Source: a virus. Taken from it: a stretch of DNA of 64,000 bases. Position numbers and translations under genes: made by a program. The DNA lies in IMG/VR virus record IMGVR_UViG_3300035698_003862, positions 2,401 through 66,400 of that record. The stretch is one strand, 5' to 3'. Shown in pieces: positions 30,978 through 41,556 of this stretch. The notes under the pieces are model-generated. The model worked only from the letters and a program-made list of their open reading frames with translations. It was not told where the DNA came from and did no database searches. Position 1 is the stretch's first letter, and every line of letters starts with the position of its first letter.

Positions 30978-31334
30978 ATGATGAAGCACCACATAGTCTG
31001 CCTCGACTTTGATGGGGTTATAAACAGATATCCCGGCTGGGAAAACGAAGGTTTCGTTACCATTACCGGTGAGCCTTTTCCTGAAGCCGCAGAGCAAATA
31101 CAACAATTACGTGATGCTGGTGTGATGATCCTGGTACATTCAACTCGGTGTGGGTACCGTAATGGAACTGGAGCCATAGCCAACTACCTGGAGTTTCATA
31201 ACATTCCAGTGGATGGGGTATGTTTCAACAAACCACCGGCTGACCTGTACATCGATGACAAGGCATGCCTTCACACTAAGTGGGAAGGCATGGCTGCTAA
31301 AGTACTAGCGCTCGTAAGGCCTAAACCGAAATGA
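30978..31334 (+). CDS. HAD-superfamily hydrolase
   Basis: LDFDGVI motif I, HSTR, KPPADLYIDDKA. Confidence 0.8.
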   Translation: MMKHHIVCLDFDGVINRYPGWENEGFVTITGEPFPEAAEQIQQLRDAGVMILVHSTRCGYRNGTGAIANYLEFHNIPVDGVCFNKPPADLYIDDKACLHTKWEGMAAKVLALVRPKPK

Positions 31335-32938
31335 ACCCTAGGTTCGCAAACATCATAGCGCCCTGGACTAAAGAGCTGGTCCAGGGCTTCTGTAACTACC
31401 GACAGCACCTGCTGACGGACGGGCCGGGGAACCTATGTACCCCGACCGCACCTCACGTGTGTAAATCTGCACCATTCGATGAGTTCGAATACCAGTACGC
31501 ACATTTGATTGGTGATCTTATGCGGGAGCCATGGAGTACGCTATTACGTACGCCACCACAACAGTTGATAGATGGTGATCTGCGTGCTAAGAGTAAAGTA
31601 CGTCGGGGTGGCTTCAAATGCTGGGATACGGCAATAGCTGCCCCCGCCTGCGCTAATCGGTACGATCATCTGATCCTGATGCAAGAGACGCCGGCCATAC
31701 GCAACTGTAATGAGTACTGGCGATCGACGGCAGTACCAGCGTTGGAACGTGTAGGTAGGCTCACATCTACAGGCGAGTTCCTACGACCCAAGGGTCCGTG
31801 GATCGTAGACCTAACACGTTGGACGCTGGGCTGGAAGATACTGGAGTCTGCACACGCATTGGCACATCAGCGTGCTGACCACAAACGTTCTATGGCAAAA
31901 GGACCGGGCGCGACTAGGGCCAAGGCGGCTGGTAACTTCCAGCGCTATGTCAGCGAGCAGGTATTCGCGTGGGCCTATGGTATACCGTTTGACGTTAGTG
32001 AACGTGAAGATGGTAATCCAGGGGAACCAGACTTCAAGCATTACGGCATTGAGTTGAAGTCATCGAGTACGTACGGTAACCCTATGTTACGGATTCCGTG
32101 GGATGGACGAGAGGCTTTACGTGTCGACGAGACGTTGATAGTCGCTTCTGCTGGTGTATTCATTGAGCCACATCCGTACGGATTTGAAAAAGGCACACGA
32201 GACTGGAGTCAGCGCGATCGATGGTGCTGTAAGCCATCAGCCGTAATCCTACCAGGGTGGGCCGGGGTAGATTTCATAACACATCAGATGTTGGGGGTAA
32301 ACAATTTCAAGCAGAAGGATACTCCCATATGTTACATGGTCAATCCGCTTGATCTGTTGGCACCCGATTTATTAGGCGCGTATCTGAAGCAGACACATGA
32401 CGAGATAGGGGAGCCGTCACTACTGGATGATAACGGCAAGCAGGTACGTTGGTATGTAGAGGATTGGTTGGAAAGCGATGAGTTACGAAAGTTGCTTGCT
32501 GAAACCAAACCGTTACCCTGCCGTGATTGTCTCATGATCAACCATAAGACACGGGGAGCTCCGATGCGACCTGCAGGTTGGGAGCCTAGAGAGCGCCTGG
32601 ACGAGGGCAAGGCGCAACATCTAGAATGGATAGAATATAACGAGCAACTTGATGCTATACACGCAACCATTAAGCGTGGTACTATTTTTTACGAATACAC
32701 GAGCCGCGGGGTTACGAGGGATTCATGCGTACGGGAACGCAAAGCTCGGACAACGGCGCACAACAAGAAGATTGGTGCTGCCGCTAAAGCGAAGAGTCTT
32801 GCCAAGGTGCTCGCTAAACGAGAGGCCGGAAACGCCTTGACAGCTAGGGACATAGAAGTGTATAGGACCTATCTGGAGGCAGAAAACGAAAGGGAGGCGG
32901 AAACGAATGACGAAGGAACAAGTCAGTGTGGGAGTTGA
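31331..32938 (+). CDS. Hypothetical protein with possible PD-(D/E)XK domain
   Basis: SEQVFA...GEPDF..GIELKSS. Confidence 0.5.
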   Translation: MNPRFANIIAPWTKELVQGFCNYRQHLLTDGPGNLCTPTAPHVCKSAPFDEFEYQYAHLIGDLMREPWSTLLRTPPQQLIDGDLRAKSKVRRGGFKCWDTAIAAPACANRYDHLILMQETPAIRNCNEYWRSTAVPALERVGRLTSTGEFLRPKGPWIVDLTRWTLGWKILESAHALAHQRADHKRSMAKGPGATRAKAAGNFQRYVSEQVFAWAYGIPFDVSEREDGNPGEPDFKHYGIELKSSSTYGNPMLRIPWDGREALRVDETLIVASAGVFIEPHPYGFEKGTRDWSQRDRWCCKPSAVILPGWAGVDFITHQMLGVNNFKQKDTPICYMVNPLDLLAPDLLGAYLKQTHDEIGEPSLLDDNGKQVRWYVEDWLESDELRKLLAETKPLPCRDCLMINHKTRGAPMRPAGWEPRERLDEGKAQHLEWIEYNEQLDAIHATIKRGTIFYEYTSRGVTRDSCVRERKARTTAHNKKIGAAAKAKSLAKVLAKREAGNALTARDIEVYRTYLEAENEREAETNDEGTSQCGS

Positions 32939-33407
32939 TCCTGGTAAAACAGGTGCGCTATCTGCGATCGGTGATAGTTGTCAGCGCGCTAATATAATGC
33001 CAGTGATTAAGGGTAAGGCTGGGGGTTCGAAGACCGAGCTATGTATTGACGGCGTCAACGCCTGGTTCGATACATTGCTCGAAGATGCTGTCATCAAAGC
33101 CGTATACATTGAGCGACAGCAGGCGTTCCCTAAACAGGGTGGCGTCAGCAACTTCAGCACCGGCGACACCTATGGTATGCTCAAGGGCATCATAAGGACA
33201 CGTAATTTCCCCATGGTAATCGTGGGTCCGAGAATCTGGAAGGCTGCCATACTAGGTGGCACTAAGAAAGACAAGGTAGCGGCTATACAGTTCTGTAAGA
33301 ACCGGTACCCACTGATTGACCTTGACGTTGGTATTCGCAAGGTCATCTATCACGACGGCATGGCAGACGCTGCCTGTATCGCTACGTGGGGAAGGATGCA
33401 CGCATGA
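32907..33407 (+). CDS. ruvC: RuvC-like Holliday junction resolvase
   Basis: VGVDPGKTGA, YIE, PRIWK, HDGMADA. Confidence 0.85.
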   Translation: MTKEQVSVGVDPGKTGALSAIGDSCQRANIMPVIKGKAGGSKTELCIDGVNAWFDTLLEDAVIKAVYIERQQAFPKQGGVSNFSTGDTYGMLKGIIRTRNFPMVIVGPRIWKAAILGGTKKDKVAAIQFCKNRYPLIDLDVGIRKVIYHDGMADAACIATWGRMHA

Positions 33408-34129
33408 CCACGGCAAACCGTACACTACTCGACCACTTCGTATCCACCTGTGTCCACAACGTCAATCTCCCGGTGCTTGGTGAGATGGCTGCTGTGGTGC
33501 AGGACGTTCAACCGGTGCCACATAGGTGGTGTGGCTGGAAGGAGACAGAACCTCAGCCATTACCACCGACAATCATTGATTGGCCAGATACGTCATTCTG
33601 CTTGTTTGCACCAAACACGCCGATCTACCCAGGATCACACAGGTTCTGCGTGGATATCGATTACACGGGACCTGGATTCGATCCGTGGTTTCAGGAAGCT
33701 ACGTGGCAGTTAGAGGGTGCGTTCGTCTTCCAGTTAGACGGTGAGACATTTGACGTCATACCACTGGCTGTTGAGGCTACTCAACGTATGATCGTACTGC
33801 CTGAGATGCAGCTGCACTACACGCTGGATGACACTGGCTGGGCTTGGGCTAAGGCTGATAGCGGACCGGTCAACGCGCTGTTCCACAGCTTCTTCATGAA
33901 GCTCATAGCAGACGAGGATCAGGACGACGTTTACGATGCGATTAACATGCTGGGTAACACCATGAGCATGTACCTAGGCGCCTACCACCACTGGCTGCAG
34001 CAGCCGGGGGAGTGGGATTCTAGAGCACCTAAACGGCCCAGGGCCAAGGTCAAGGACGGTAAGGTCAAGAAGATCTACGACGAAGGTACCGCGGGGTACA
34101 AGGAATACAGACACACAACAGGAGAGTAG
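33404..34129 (+). CDS. Hypothetical protein
   Basis: ATGA-coupled ORF. Confidence 0.6.
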   Translation: MTTANRTLLDHFVSTCVHNVNLPVLGEMAAVVQDVQPVPHRWCGWKETEPQPLPPTIIDWPDTSFCLFAPNTPIYPGSHRFCVDIDYTGPGFDPWFQEATWQLEGAFVFQLDGETFDVIPLAVEATQRMIVLPEMQLHYTLDDTGWAWAKADSGPVNALFHSFFMKLIADEDQDDVYDAINMLGNTMSMYLGAYHHWLQQPGEWDSRAPKRPRAKVKDGKVKKIYDEGTAGYKEYRHTTGE

Positions 34130-34131
34130 CC

Positions 34132-34398
34132 ATGGCTACGGACAAAGACGAAGTAACTGTAACAGAGCCCAAGCTGCGCATTCTAATGCCTAGTGACGGT
34201 GACATGGAACTTGTCAACCAGGACGGTGGCAAGATTGTGCTTGATCCTATCTTCTACAGTAAGGAGAGTATGGGTCCGCATTTTCACGTGGTCGAAGGCC
34301 ACATGGACGGTGATGAGTTCGTTGTTGAGAACACAATATCACGATACAGAATAAAGCTCAAAGCTGACGGTAAACTTGAGCTCAAGAAAGCCGAGTAA
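34132..34398 (+). CDS. Hypothetical protein
   Basis: AGGAG RBS. Confidence 0.6.
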   Translation: MATDKDEVTVTEPKLRILMPSDGDMELVNQDGGKIVLDPIFYSKESMGPHFHVVEGHMDGDEFVVENTISRYRIKLKADGKLELKKAE

Positions 34399-34411
34399 GG
34401 GGGGTTAAGAT

Positions 34412-34888
34412 ATGAGAACACGAGTGCAAATATTCCAGCCGCAAGAGGGTCAGCAAAATCCGGTACCGGCTGCTGTCCAACGGAGTCGAGAGTTCGGCGC
34501 CCAAGTAGCAACAGGGTTCATGCGGATTCATGGTATCCGTAGCCTGACCACGACATTCCGTCAGGTTGGCCTGTGTGCAGTCACAGATGTCAGCTATGAT
34601 CCATTCGATCTGGATCCGCCGGCCGCGTTGTTAGCTTTGCGAAACAGCATAGCACGCAAGGTGTCTGATTTGCTGTTCACGTACGGCATTCTGGGCATGG
34701 AGCTGTTCCCTAACGACGAAGAGATGCAGACCATCAAGGATGGTTGGCAGGCGTTAGAGAGCGGTACAGGGCCAGCTGCTACGACTGATAGCAGTGTGAT
34801 CCAAGAGATTCCGCTGAATATCGAGCAGGATCCCAGTGGTAAGAGCGTAGTTGAGACAATCGATGGCACCGAACAACCTAAGTCCTAA
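34412..34888 (+). CDS. Hypothetical protein
   Basis: 158 aa ORF in operon. Confidence 0.55.
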   Translation: MRTRVQIFQPQEGQQNPVPAAVQRSREFGAQVATGFMRIHGIRSLTTTFRQVGLCAVTDVSYDPFDLDPPAALLALRNSIARKVSDLLFTYGILGMELFPNDEEMQTIKDGWQALESGTGPAATTDSSVIQEIPLNIEQDPSGKSVVETIDGTEQPKS

Positions 34889-35336
34889 ACAACTGCAAGC
34901 ATTGGGTTACATATTCGATGCAGTAGCCCGATTGCTGCCCACTGAAGGTCGCGACTTTTTGACCAAGGTGAACTTTCCAGAAGGCGGGGCACAACCTCGT
35001 GTGATGGTGATCGGGATGACGCCTCTTGGCAAGGTATTTGCTGAACACTGTATGCACAATATAGGTGCTGCAACTCAGGAAATATTGCGTCAAGAGGGTA
35101 TGCAGGATAAGTTACCACTTGGTACAGAACTCAAACCAACGAAGGAACAAGATGCCAAACGACCAATCGAACTCCCCGACCTCAGCCAAGCAACAAAACT
35201 GTCACGAAATGAAGTGCTATCCCGACTCAAAATCAAGCCCAACATCGGAATCGGGCCCACCGCCCCTTCCCAATCATGCAGTGCCAAACCTCAGAGTGTC
35301 CCTGCTCCAGTGCCTCGTACGCAACGAGTTCTGTGA
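34863..35336 (+). CDS. Hypothetical protein
   Basis: ORF in operon; overlaps the next gene. Confidence 0.45.
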   Translation: MAPNNLSPKQLQALGYIFDAVARLLPTEGRDFLTKVNFPEGGAQPRVMVIGMTPLGKVFAEHCMHNIGAATQEILRQEGMQDKLPLGTELKPTKEQDAKRPIELPDLSQATKLSRNEVLSRLKIKPNIGIGPTAPSQSCSAKPQSVPAPVPRTQRVL

Positions 35337-35706
35337 CGCGGCGCTTGCCTCAATAGCTACTACGTATCTGTATCACACGATACATACGCATCCAAAACTG
35401 AACGATGATACGTTGTACTCCAGGTGGGATAAACGCGACATCACGGGAGTGATCAACGACAAGGTCGGAAGATTTACGTTTAGTCGATTACGTGTTGGCA
35501 CCTACGCGCCTGATTTCATTATACAGGAAGCAGGCGTTGTCACAGAAGATATCGCAGAAACAATACGTGAATTACTCGAAGGCACTAACAGCGTGTTAAG
35601 CGATTGCCGTGTGGTCACGGGTACAGTACGCTTACATATCACGGCAACAGATGATGAAGGGTTTGCCATGTGGCTGCACTACATCACAGCAAAGGAAGAA
35701 ATATGA
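35152..35706 (+). CDS. Hypothetical protein
   Basis: AAGGAA before ATG 35152. Confidence 0.5.
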   Translation: MPNDQSNSPTSAKQQNCHEMKCYPDSKSSPTSESGPPPLPNHAVPNLRVSLLQCLVRNEFCDAALASIATTYLYHTIHTHPKLNDDTLYSRWDKRDITGVINDKVGRFTFSRLRVGTYAPDFIIQEAGVVTEDIAETIRELLEGTNSVLSDCRVVTGTVRLHITATDDEGFAMWLHYITAKEEI

Positions 35707-36386
35707 ACGACGAAAAAGAAGCCACACCCGAAAGCTCCGAACCTCAGACCAAGGAAGAGGCGTCTGAACCGCAGGAGGAGAAGGGGCCAGTTGTGCAGAT
35801 GGCAGCTAAGGCTCTTGTCCAGTGGAAGGATGATGACGGGAATATCACAGAGACCGAAGAGGTCTTTAGAAGTATCCCAGCATTACTCCGGCATCTAGTC
35901 ACGCTCGTCAACAAAAAGGAACGTGACCTGGAAACGCAGCTTTCGATCGTGCTGCCGCCTGAGAAAATTGATGGTGTCGCAGTCAAGCCTGACACTGAGC
36001 TCGACGGAGAGACCCTTATAGCTGTCGTAGCTGAGGGTACTCTAGCTGAGGTGATCGCTAAACTACGCGTGCGCTACGTGACTCCTCAGCAGGCTATACA
36101 GCAGCTCGCAGCCCTGACAGCACAGTTGTTCGACCTATCGCCCCTCAAGGGCGGCATCGTAACACTGATATTCGGCGACGCAGAACCGGCTGGTTTCGGT
36201 CTTGTCAACGAGACACTGGAAGTCACGGCCGAAGATCTGGTCATGCTTGGGGCCTCGGCCACTAACCAGGCGGCTAGCTACAAGGACAATATGCGTTCAC
36301 AGCGTGGGCTTAAGTTCCCCGAGGATCAATCCGAAGGTGGCCTTGTTGACCCACGGGGTCAGCCGTTAGTTGGCGGTAAGGGCTGA
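35703..36386 (+). CDS. Hypothetical protein
   Basis: ATGA-coupled ORF. Confidence 0.6.
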   Translation: MNDEKEATPESSEPQTKEEASEPQEEKGPVVQMAAKALVQWKDDDGNITETEEVFRSIPALLRHLVTLVNKKERDLETQLSIVLPPEKIDGVAVKPDTELDGETLIAVVAEGTLAEVIAKLRVRYVTPQQAIQQLAALTAQLFDLSPLKGGIVTLIFGDAEPAGFGLVNETLEVTAEDLVMLGASATNQAASYKDNMRSQRGLKFPEDQSEGGLVDPRGQPLVGGKG

Positions 36387-36916
36387 TGCGTTACCTTGTC
36401 AGCGTCTGTCCAGAGATGACAGAGATTGATCAGTTAACCTCAGGTTGTGTCACACTGAGAGAGCGAATAGCTGTGTGCGATCCGGTTCAAGGGGAAGAAC
36501 TTGAACAGTTGCGCACTAACTTACAGAACGCTGAAGGCAAGCTTGAGGCTGAACTGGTTAAATGGGCACCTGCTGGAGAACCAGTAGTGCCCTGGTATCC
36601 TTCTACGCTAGAGAATGTCTTCCTGAGCGTCACTAGCTTTAAGCGAGCACCATACGCTAAAGTAGCTGATATTCCAGATCTTGATCCGGATCAATTGGCT
36701 ACAAAGCTGAAGGCAGAGTATCCAGGTTTACCTGGAGGATTGCACGACGAATATGTGCTGGCTATGGCAAGAACCGCGTTAGAGTTCCCCATAGATACAA
36801 CGTTTCAAATATTCATCAAGCCTAACGAGGCCACGTTAAAGCAGTTGGGTAAAGATGATTTACACGTACTATGGGAGCAACAACCGCTTCCAACAAGTCG
36901 AAAGGTAGAGCTATGA
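36386..36916 (+). CDS. Hypothetical protein
   Basis: TGATG coupling. Confidence 0.6.
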   Translation: MRYLVSVCPEMTEIDQLTSGCVTLRERIAVCDPVQGEELEQLRTNLQNAEGKLEAELVKWAPAGEPVVPWYPSTLENVFLSVTSFKRAPYAKVADIPDLDPDQLATKLKAEYPGLPGGLHDEYVLAMARTALEFPIDTTFQIFIKPNEATLKQLGKDDLHVLWEQQPLPTSRKVEL

Positions 36917-37350
36917 TTGACATAAAAGCAGTGACGAAGGACAACCTGGAGCCACTACACAAAGTACTCAGCATCCTTGACGGCACACTGCCGGCCGAGG
37001 AGCTTGAGGGCATGACTGCGTTGGAGTTGAGCTGCTGGCTTAAACGTGCCGAATCATTCGTGGAGTGTATGCGTAGCCGTGTACGTCTTCAGGCCAACGA
37101 CGAGTTCGCTGCTATGCGGAAGGCCAACGAAGAGCAGAAGCAATGGCCTATACAGAGCATTGCTATGGTAACGACCTACACGCCACGTTGTAGTTGGGAG
37201 TATCCTAAAGAGCTGGTAAAGGAGAGCGAGGAGCTTGCTGCCAAACTAAAGGCGGCACAGAAGGACGAGACGGCTAAGAAGCATACACCTAAGCCAAATC
37301 CTGCTGCGTCCTCGTTGTTCGCTATCAATCTGACGGATAACAGCTTCTGA
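36913..37350 (+). CDS. Hypothetical protein
   Basis: ATGA coupling. Confidence 0.6.
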   Translation: MIDIKAVTKDNLEPLHKVLSILDGTLPAEELEGMTALELSCWLKRAESFVECMRSRVRLQANDEFAAMRKANEEQKQWPIQSIAMVTTYTPRCSWEYPKELVKESEELAAKLKAAQKDETAKKHTPKPNPAASSLFAINLTDNSF

Positions 37351-37356
37351 GCCGGC

Positions 37357-38400
37357 ATGAAAGTAAGTGACAATCAACGACGTATTCTTGACGCTCCCCG
37401 CGATCACCTAGTGCATGTGATGCCACGCCTTGAAGTGTGCGGTATATACAACATGATCACAGAGCTGACCGGGGAGCTCAAGAACTACAGGCACACGTTG
37501 CTGCATGAGACTCCGATGGCAGAATGGGACGAGATGACCATCTGGCAAGCGCAGGCTGCAGGCTTAGAGGTGGTACAGGTTGATCGCATTACGACAGAGA
37601 CCCTGGCTGATAGCGATTACACAGGTGCCATCCTATACAACGTGGTTGACCATCCGAACATTGGAGAGTCCATACCATCTTTATACTATTCGTATGGGCG
37701 CTGGGATCCGGATGTGAAGCCTGACTTCACGGTGGCATGTTCTGAGTATGCCACACGCTATGACCGCGACGGTAAGGACATCAAGCTTGATCCTGAATGG
37801 GTACTACCACCTTTGGTACAGACCCGATCGTTGCGACGACTTGTGGGGCCGCCACACCCTTTCTCGGTGGGACTGATCACCAGCGGTATCGAGAACAAGT
37901 ATCCATGTAGGCTCATCATGCAGCTGCTGAATCAGTTGCCTCGTGATGTGCAATTCTACGTCACCACGCTACCCAAGTATCGGCACCCCGGTATGCAGCT
38001 GGCGTTGGACCACGAGAGAACCGTAAAGCCGGCACGCGCATTGTACTGTGCTGTGAGGCCGACCGGTGGTATCCAATACACTGTGCGTTTCGACGCATTG
38101 ATCTACGCCTGTGACCCGAACTATCATGAGCCTTACGGGCGCCTGGTGGTTGAGGCCATGGCTCTTGGTAAACCCGTGATCTGTGAGCGAAGATCCGTCT
38201 TCGCTGACCGCTTAGAACATGGCGTGAATGCGCTGCTGTTCGACGACCTCGATGAGGTGTTGGGTCACGTGGACCGTTTGAAGAACGATACAGTTATGTG
38301 TGCTAAACTTGCTGCTAACGCTCAACTGTGGGCGTCGTGGGAAGACATCAGCGTGCATATTGGAAAGTTCAAACGTATCCTGAGGATGATCGGTACATGA
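37357..38400 (+). CDS. GT-B glycosyltransferase (GT4-like)
   Basis: EPYGRLVVEAMALGKPVI (EX7E), HGVNALLF. Confidence 0.8.
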   Translation: MKVSDNQRRILDAPRDHLVHVMPRLEVCGIYNMITELTGELKNYRHTLLHETPMAEWDEMTIWQAQAAGLEVVQVDRITTETLADSDYTGAILYNVVDHPNIGESIPSLYYSYGRWDPDVKPDFTVACSEYATRYDRDGKDIKLDPEWVLPPLVQTRSLRRLVGPPHPFSVGLITSGIENKYPCRLIMQLLNQLPRDVQFYVTTLPKYRHPGMQLALDHERTVKPARALYCAVRPTGGIQYTVRFDALIYACDPNYHEPYGRLVVEAMALGKPVICERRSVFADRLEHGVNALLFDDLDEVLGHVDRLKNDTVMCAKLAANAQLWASWEDISVHIGKFKRILRMIGT

Positions 38401-38759
38401 AACATAAGGTTGAGAAACGCCTTGTTGTCGTACTTGAGAAGCGTCAGATCGGTGGCCCAGATAAGAACGGTGATGTATTCCCAGGAGGTACGTGGGTAGC
38501 GCAGTCTGTGCGCCCCATGACCATACTGGAGCACATCGCTCAACTGTGGCCTCCGTGTTGTTTCAAGAAGAACAACAAGCACACAGCGATACTAGCAAAG
38601 ACCACCAGTGCCGTGAGCATTGGGGTAACGATAAACAAAGAGCAATACGCCAAGCTACTTGATACAGGTATGCAAAATCCAATATCGGTTGGTTCCTCGT
38701 TAGAGATGGAACTGATACCTGAGCCGGATAACGCATTTGAACAGGAAGCAGCAGTATGA
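38397..38759 (+). CDS. Hypothetical protein
   Basis: ATGA coupling at both ends. Confidence 0.5.
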   Translation: MKHKVEKRLVVVLEKRQIGGPDKNGDVFPGGTWVAQSVRPMTILEHIAQLWPPCCFKKNNKHTAILAKTTSAVSIGVTINKEQYAKLLDTGMQNPISVGSSLEMELIPEPDNAFEQEAAV

Positions 38760-39598
38760 TCAAAGCAAGTTGTGACCGGAAGACCCGGTTCTATAAGACG
38801 CAGAAGAACACGTTCGGGCTCCTACCAGGGCTGGAAGGTACGTGTCCGGGTGCGACAACAGGTACGGGTGGATGCTGGCATAAGGCACCTGGCCGCAAGA
38901 CATGCGTGTGTTACGTCGATAGCCTAATGCGGTGTTACACTGGCATTAGAGGTATCCTGACACACAACACGAAAGTTCTGTACGACTGTCAAGGTACGGA
39001 CAACGAATACGATCAAATGGTTGAGTTACTGAACGCCGAGTTCGAGCGCTTCAGAGCCGCCGAAGCACGTCGGTCGAAGAAGACTGGAACACCACCCCAC
39101 ACATACTATCGTCTACATTGGGCAGGGGATGTGTTTGATAAGACATACGCCAAAGCGATAGCCACAGCAGTAAAACATAACAGTGATATCAACTTCTGGA
39201 TCTACACCAGAAGCTTCGACATACTCCCCCAGTTGGTTGGTGTAGTCAACCTAGCAGTGTACCTGTCCCTAGATCCAGTGAACGTGCAAACCGGCCTCGT
39301 CGCATTTGAAGAGGCAACACGTATCATAGAAGACTATGGACTCAAGCACAACATTCAAATATGCTACATGAATCACGAAAACGATTTCGACAAACACAAA
39401 GATAGAGCAGTTACAATCTTAGAGGGGCGCAACCAGATCCGTAAGCTCCTCGGAGAACCCACCCGGGACCTCTCTTGGATCACGGACATGCAGTTACGAA
39501 CATGTCCTGTAGACACAGGTAAACTTGAACTGGAGAGTGGTTGTGCCAACTGCAAAAAATGTCTCCACGCCAAAGTTCCGATATGGTTCAGATCATAA
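38756..39598 (+). CDS. Phage gp88-like (radical SAM-like) protein
   Basis: TCPGAT...C..CY, YRLHWAGD, FWIYTR, CP...CANCKKC. Confidence 0.7.
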   Translation: MIKASCDRKTRFYKTQKNTFGLLPGLEGTCPGATTGTGGCWHKAPGRKTCVCYVDSLMRCYTGIRGILTHNTKVLYDCQGTDNEYDQMVELLNAEFERFRAAEARRSKKTGTPPHTYYRLHWAGDVFDKTYAKAIATAVKHNSDINFWIYTRSFDILPQLVGVVNLAVYLSLDPVNVQTGLVAFEEATRIIEDYGLKHNIQICYMNHENDFDKHKDRAVTILEGRNQIRKLLGEPTRDLSWITDMQLRTCPVDTGKLELESGCANCKKCLHAKVPIWFRS

Positions 39599-39916
39599 CC
39601 GTAAGATATCGAGCAAGGTCATCTATTGGATACTTCACTACGTAAACAATAGTACGAATCCACTGTGCGCGCTCGACATGGGGCGCTTTGCAGTGGATTC
39701 TGGCATCTACGTCCCCCGCGACGGTAAAATCACGCATAACAAGTGCAGGATGTGGGGTAGTGTGACGGGATTGACGTTGGCTCGACGCGGATTGATTCTG
39801 CGTAAGTTGAGGCGGAAAGATAATTGGACCGACCACAAGCACACGCGCACGTATACGATTACAGAGCTTGGCAAAGAATGGTTACGCGCATACAAATAAC
39901 ACATGGAAGGTAATAG

Positions 39917-40822
39917 ATGATTTTCTTGCACTATACCCGTAACGGGCAGAAGCGAGTAGCTGACATGTTTGATACGTTTTATGGACAGACAGCCTTACTA
40001 CTAGGCGGTGCACCGTCGTTAAAGGAACAAACGGTAGAACGCTTAGCTGAGCGCGGTGTCATCACGATGGCCATGAATAACGCGGCCCTGCACTTCCAGC
40101 CCATGATGTGGGTGAGCGGTGATAGGCCCGAATGCTATGAGCCCAGGATCCTACTGGACCCTAAGATAATGAAGTTTGGGAATGCGGCACATGCGCGCAC
40201 CAAGCTGGACGCGAAGTATAACGACAAACACTATCGTGAGATGCCAAACATGTATTTCTATCTCCCAGAGGATAACGTCTCCTGGGATGAATACTTGGCG
40301 TCAAGACGCGGTGTGCCCTGGTACAGTAACACGCTCTTCGTGGGCATTCATATCTTGTACCAATTGGGAATTCGTCGTATTATCCTCGGTGGATCTGACT
40401 TTGGCTTTGCTAAGTCGGACACACCCGATCAGGAACAGCACGGCGGAGACATGTATGCGCACGAGACGAGTTTCGGAGATCTTGAACGCAAATGGAACTT
40501 GGACCTCTACAATAGTTTGGTCCGGGAACTAAGACGCCTCAAGCCCGTATTCGATCGTGCTAAATTGGAGTTCTTTGACTGCTCCAAGAATAGCCGTGTA
40601 GCACAGGTGTACAAACACCTGACGTTAGAGGAGGCAGTGAACATGTGCTTAGAGAAGTTTCCAGCCAAGGCGCTGAGTTCTACTGAGCTGCCGCACTGTT
40701 CCAAGTTCGCCCCAGAATCAATACAACAACGAATTGCGAAATGGCCAGGTCATCAGGTGGTCGGAGCGCCGATACCCGCACAAGCGGAACAGCGCAAGAC
40801 ACCTGCTAAAACGGTCCTGTAA
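39917..40822 (+). CDS. MAF/DUF115 (MptE-like) putative glycosyltransferase
   Basis: LLGGAPSL, AMNN, LYQLGIRRIILGGSDF, FDCS. Confidence 0.6.
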   Translation: MIFLHYTRNGQKRVADMFDTFYGQTALLLGGAPSLKEQTVERLAERGVITMAMNNAALHFQPMMWVSGDRPECYEPRILLDPKIMKFGNAAHARTKLDAKYNDKHYREMPNMYFYLPEDNVSWDEYLASRRGVPWYSNTLFVGIHILYQLGIRRIILGGSDFGFAKSDTPDQEQHGGDMYAHETSFGDLERKWNLDLYNSLVRELRRLKPVFDRAKLEFFDCSKNSRVAQVYKHLTLEEAVNMCLEKFPAKALSSTELPHCSKFAPESIQQRIAKWPGHQVVGAPIPAQAEQRKTPAKTVL

Positions 40823-40838
40823 CAGAAGGGGATGATAT

Positions 40839-41414
40839 ATGTTAGAAGCAAGACACATCATGCGGTTAATGTTAGAACGTGCGCGATTATCCGCGCATGA
40901 ACAGATGCCGCCACCAAGCTACGTGAAGAAGCCATTGACTGGACAATTCACAGCTATCGGTGAAGCGGCTATTGGTGAACTATTGGGTGTCACACCTGAT
41001 GTATTCCAAATGCAGCTCAGGGCGGCGCGTGAATTCGGCGCATCGTACGTAGGTGAAGACAGGAACAATAAGGTGATCGGAGTATCCGCGGCGACATCAC
41101 TCATTAAGCGTGGTGACATCATGCACAAGAATATGATCCTGCCACGGGATCTCTTGCGTACGGACCCACGCTTAGACGCACATTACGTCATTGGTGTATT
41201 CGTGCGCGGTCAGGTGATCGACGGTGTCTTACCGTCTGTGTCAGAAGTGGAAGTAGCTGGATGGGCAAACACCGGTAACGTTGGTAACGCACAGCAAACT
41301 GCAAAGCCTCCCAGCTTTCAGACTAAGCTGCCCATCGTAATGGTGCCTTGCACTGAGCTCTATCCAATATCAGAGCTCGTTGAGTGCTTGAGCGAAGACA
41401 ACGGCTGCGTTTAA
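40839..41414 (+). CDS. Hypothetical protein
   Basis: 191 aa ORF; GE.A and AGWA motifs suggest a degenerate nuclease fold. Confidence 0.55.
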   Translation: MLEARHIMRLMLERARLSAHEQMPPPSYVKKPLTGQFTAIGEAAIGELLGVTPDVFQMQLRAAREFGASYVGEDRNNKVIGVSAATSLIKRGDIMHKNMILPRDLLRTDPRLDAHYVIGVFVRGQVIDGVLPSVSEVEVAGWANTGNVGNAQQTAKPPSFQTKLPIVMVPCTELYPISELVECLSEDNGCV

Positions 41415-41556
41415 TACGGCCGTAGTACAGGTTATAACATACTGGTAGGCGTTAACTCGCCACATGATACTGACGGCTAAACCATATTTGGTTTGGCCGT
41501 ACTGAGTAACGGCGCGTCGCTTATTCTTACTTGCGACGCTACAATGGAGGACAGGC

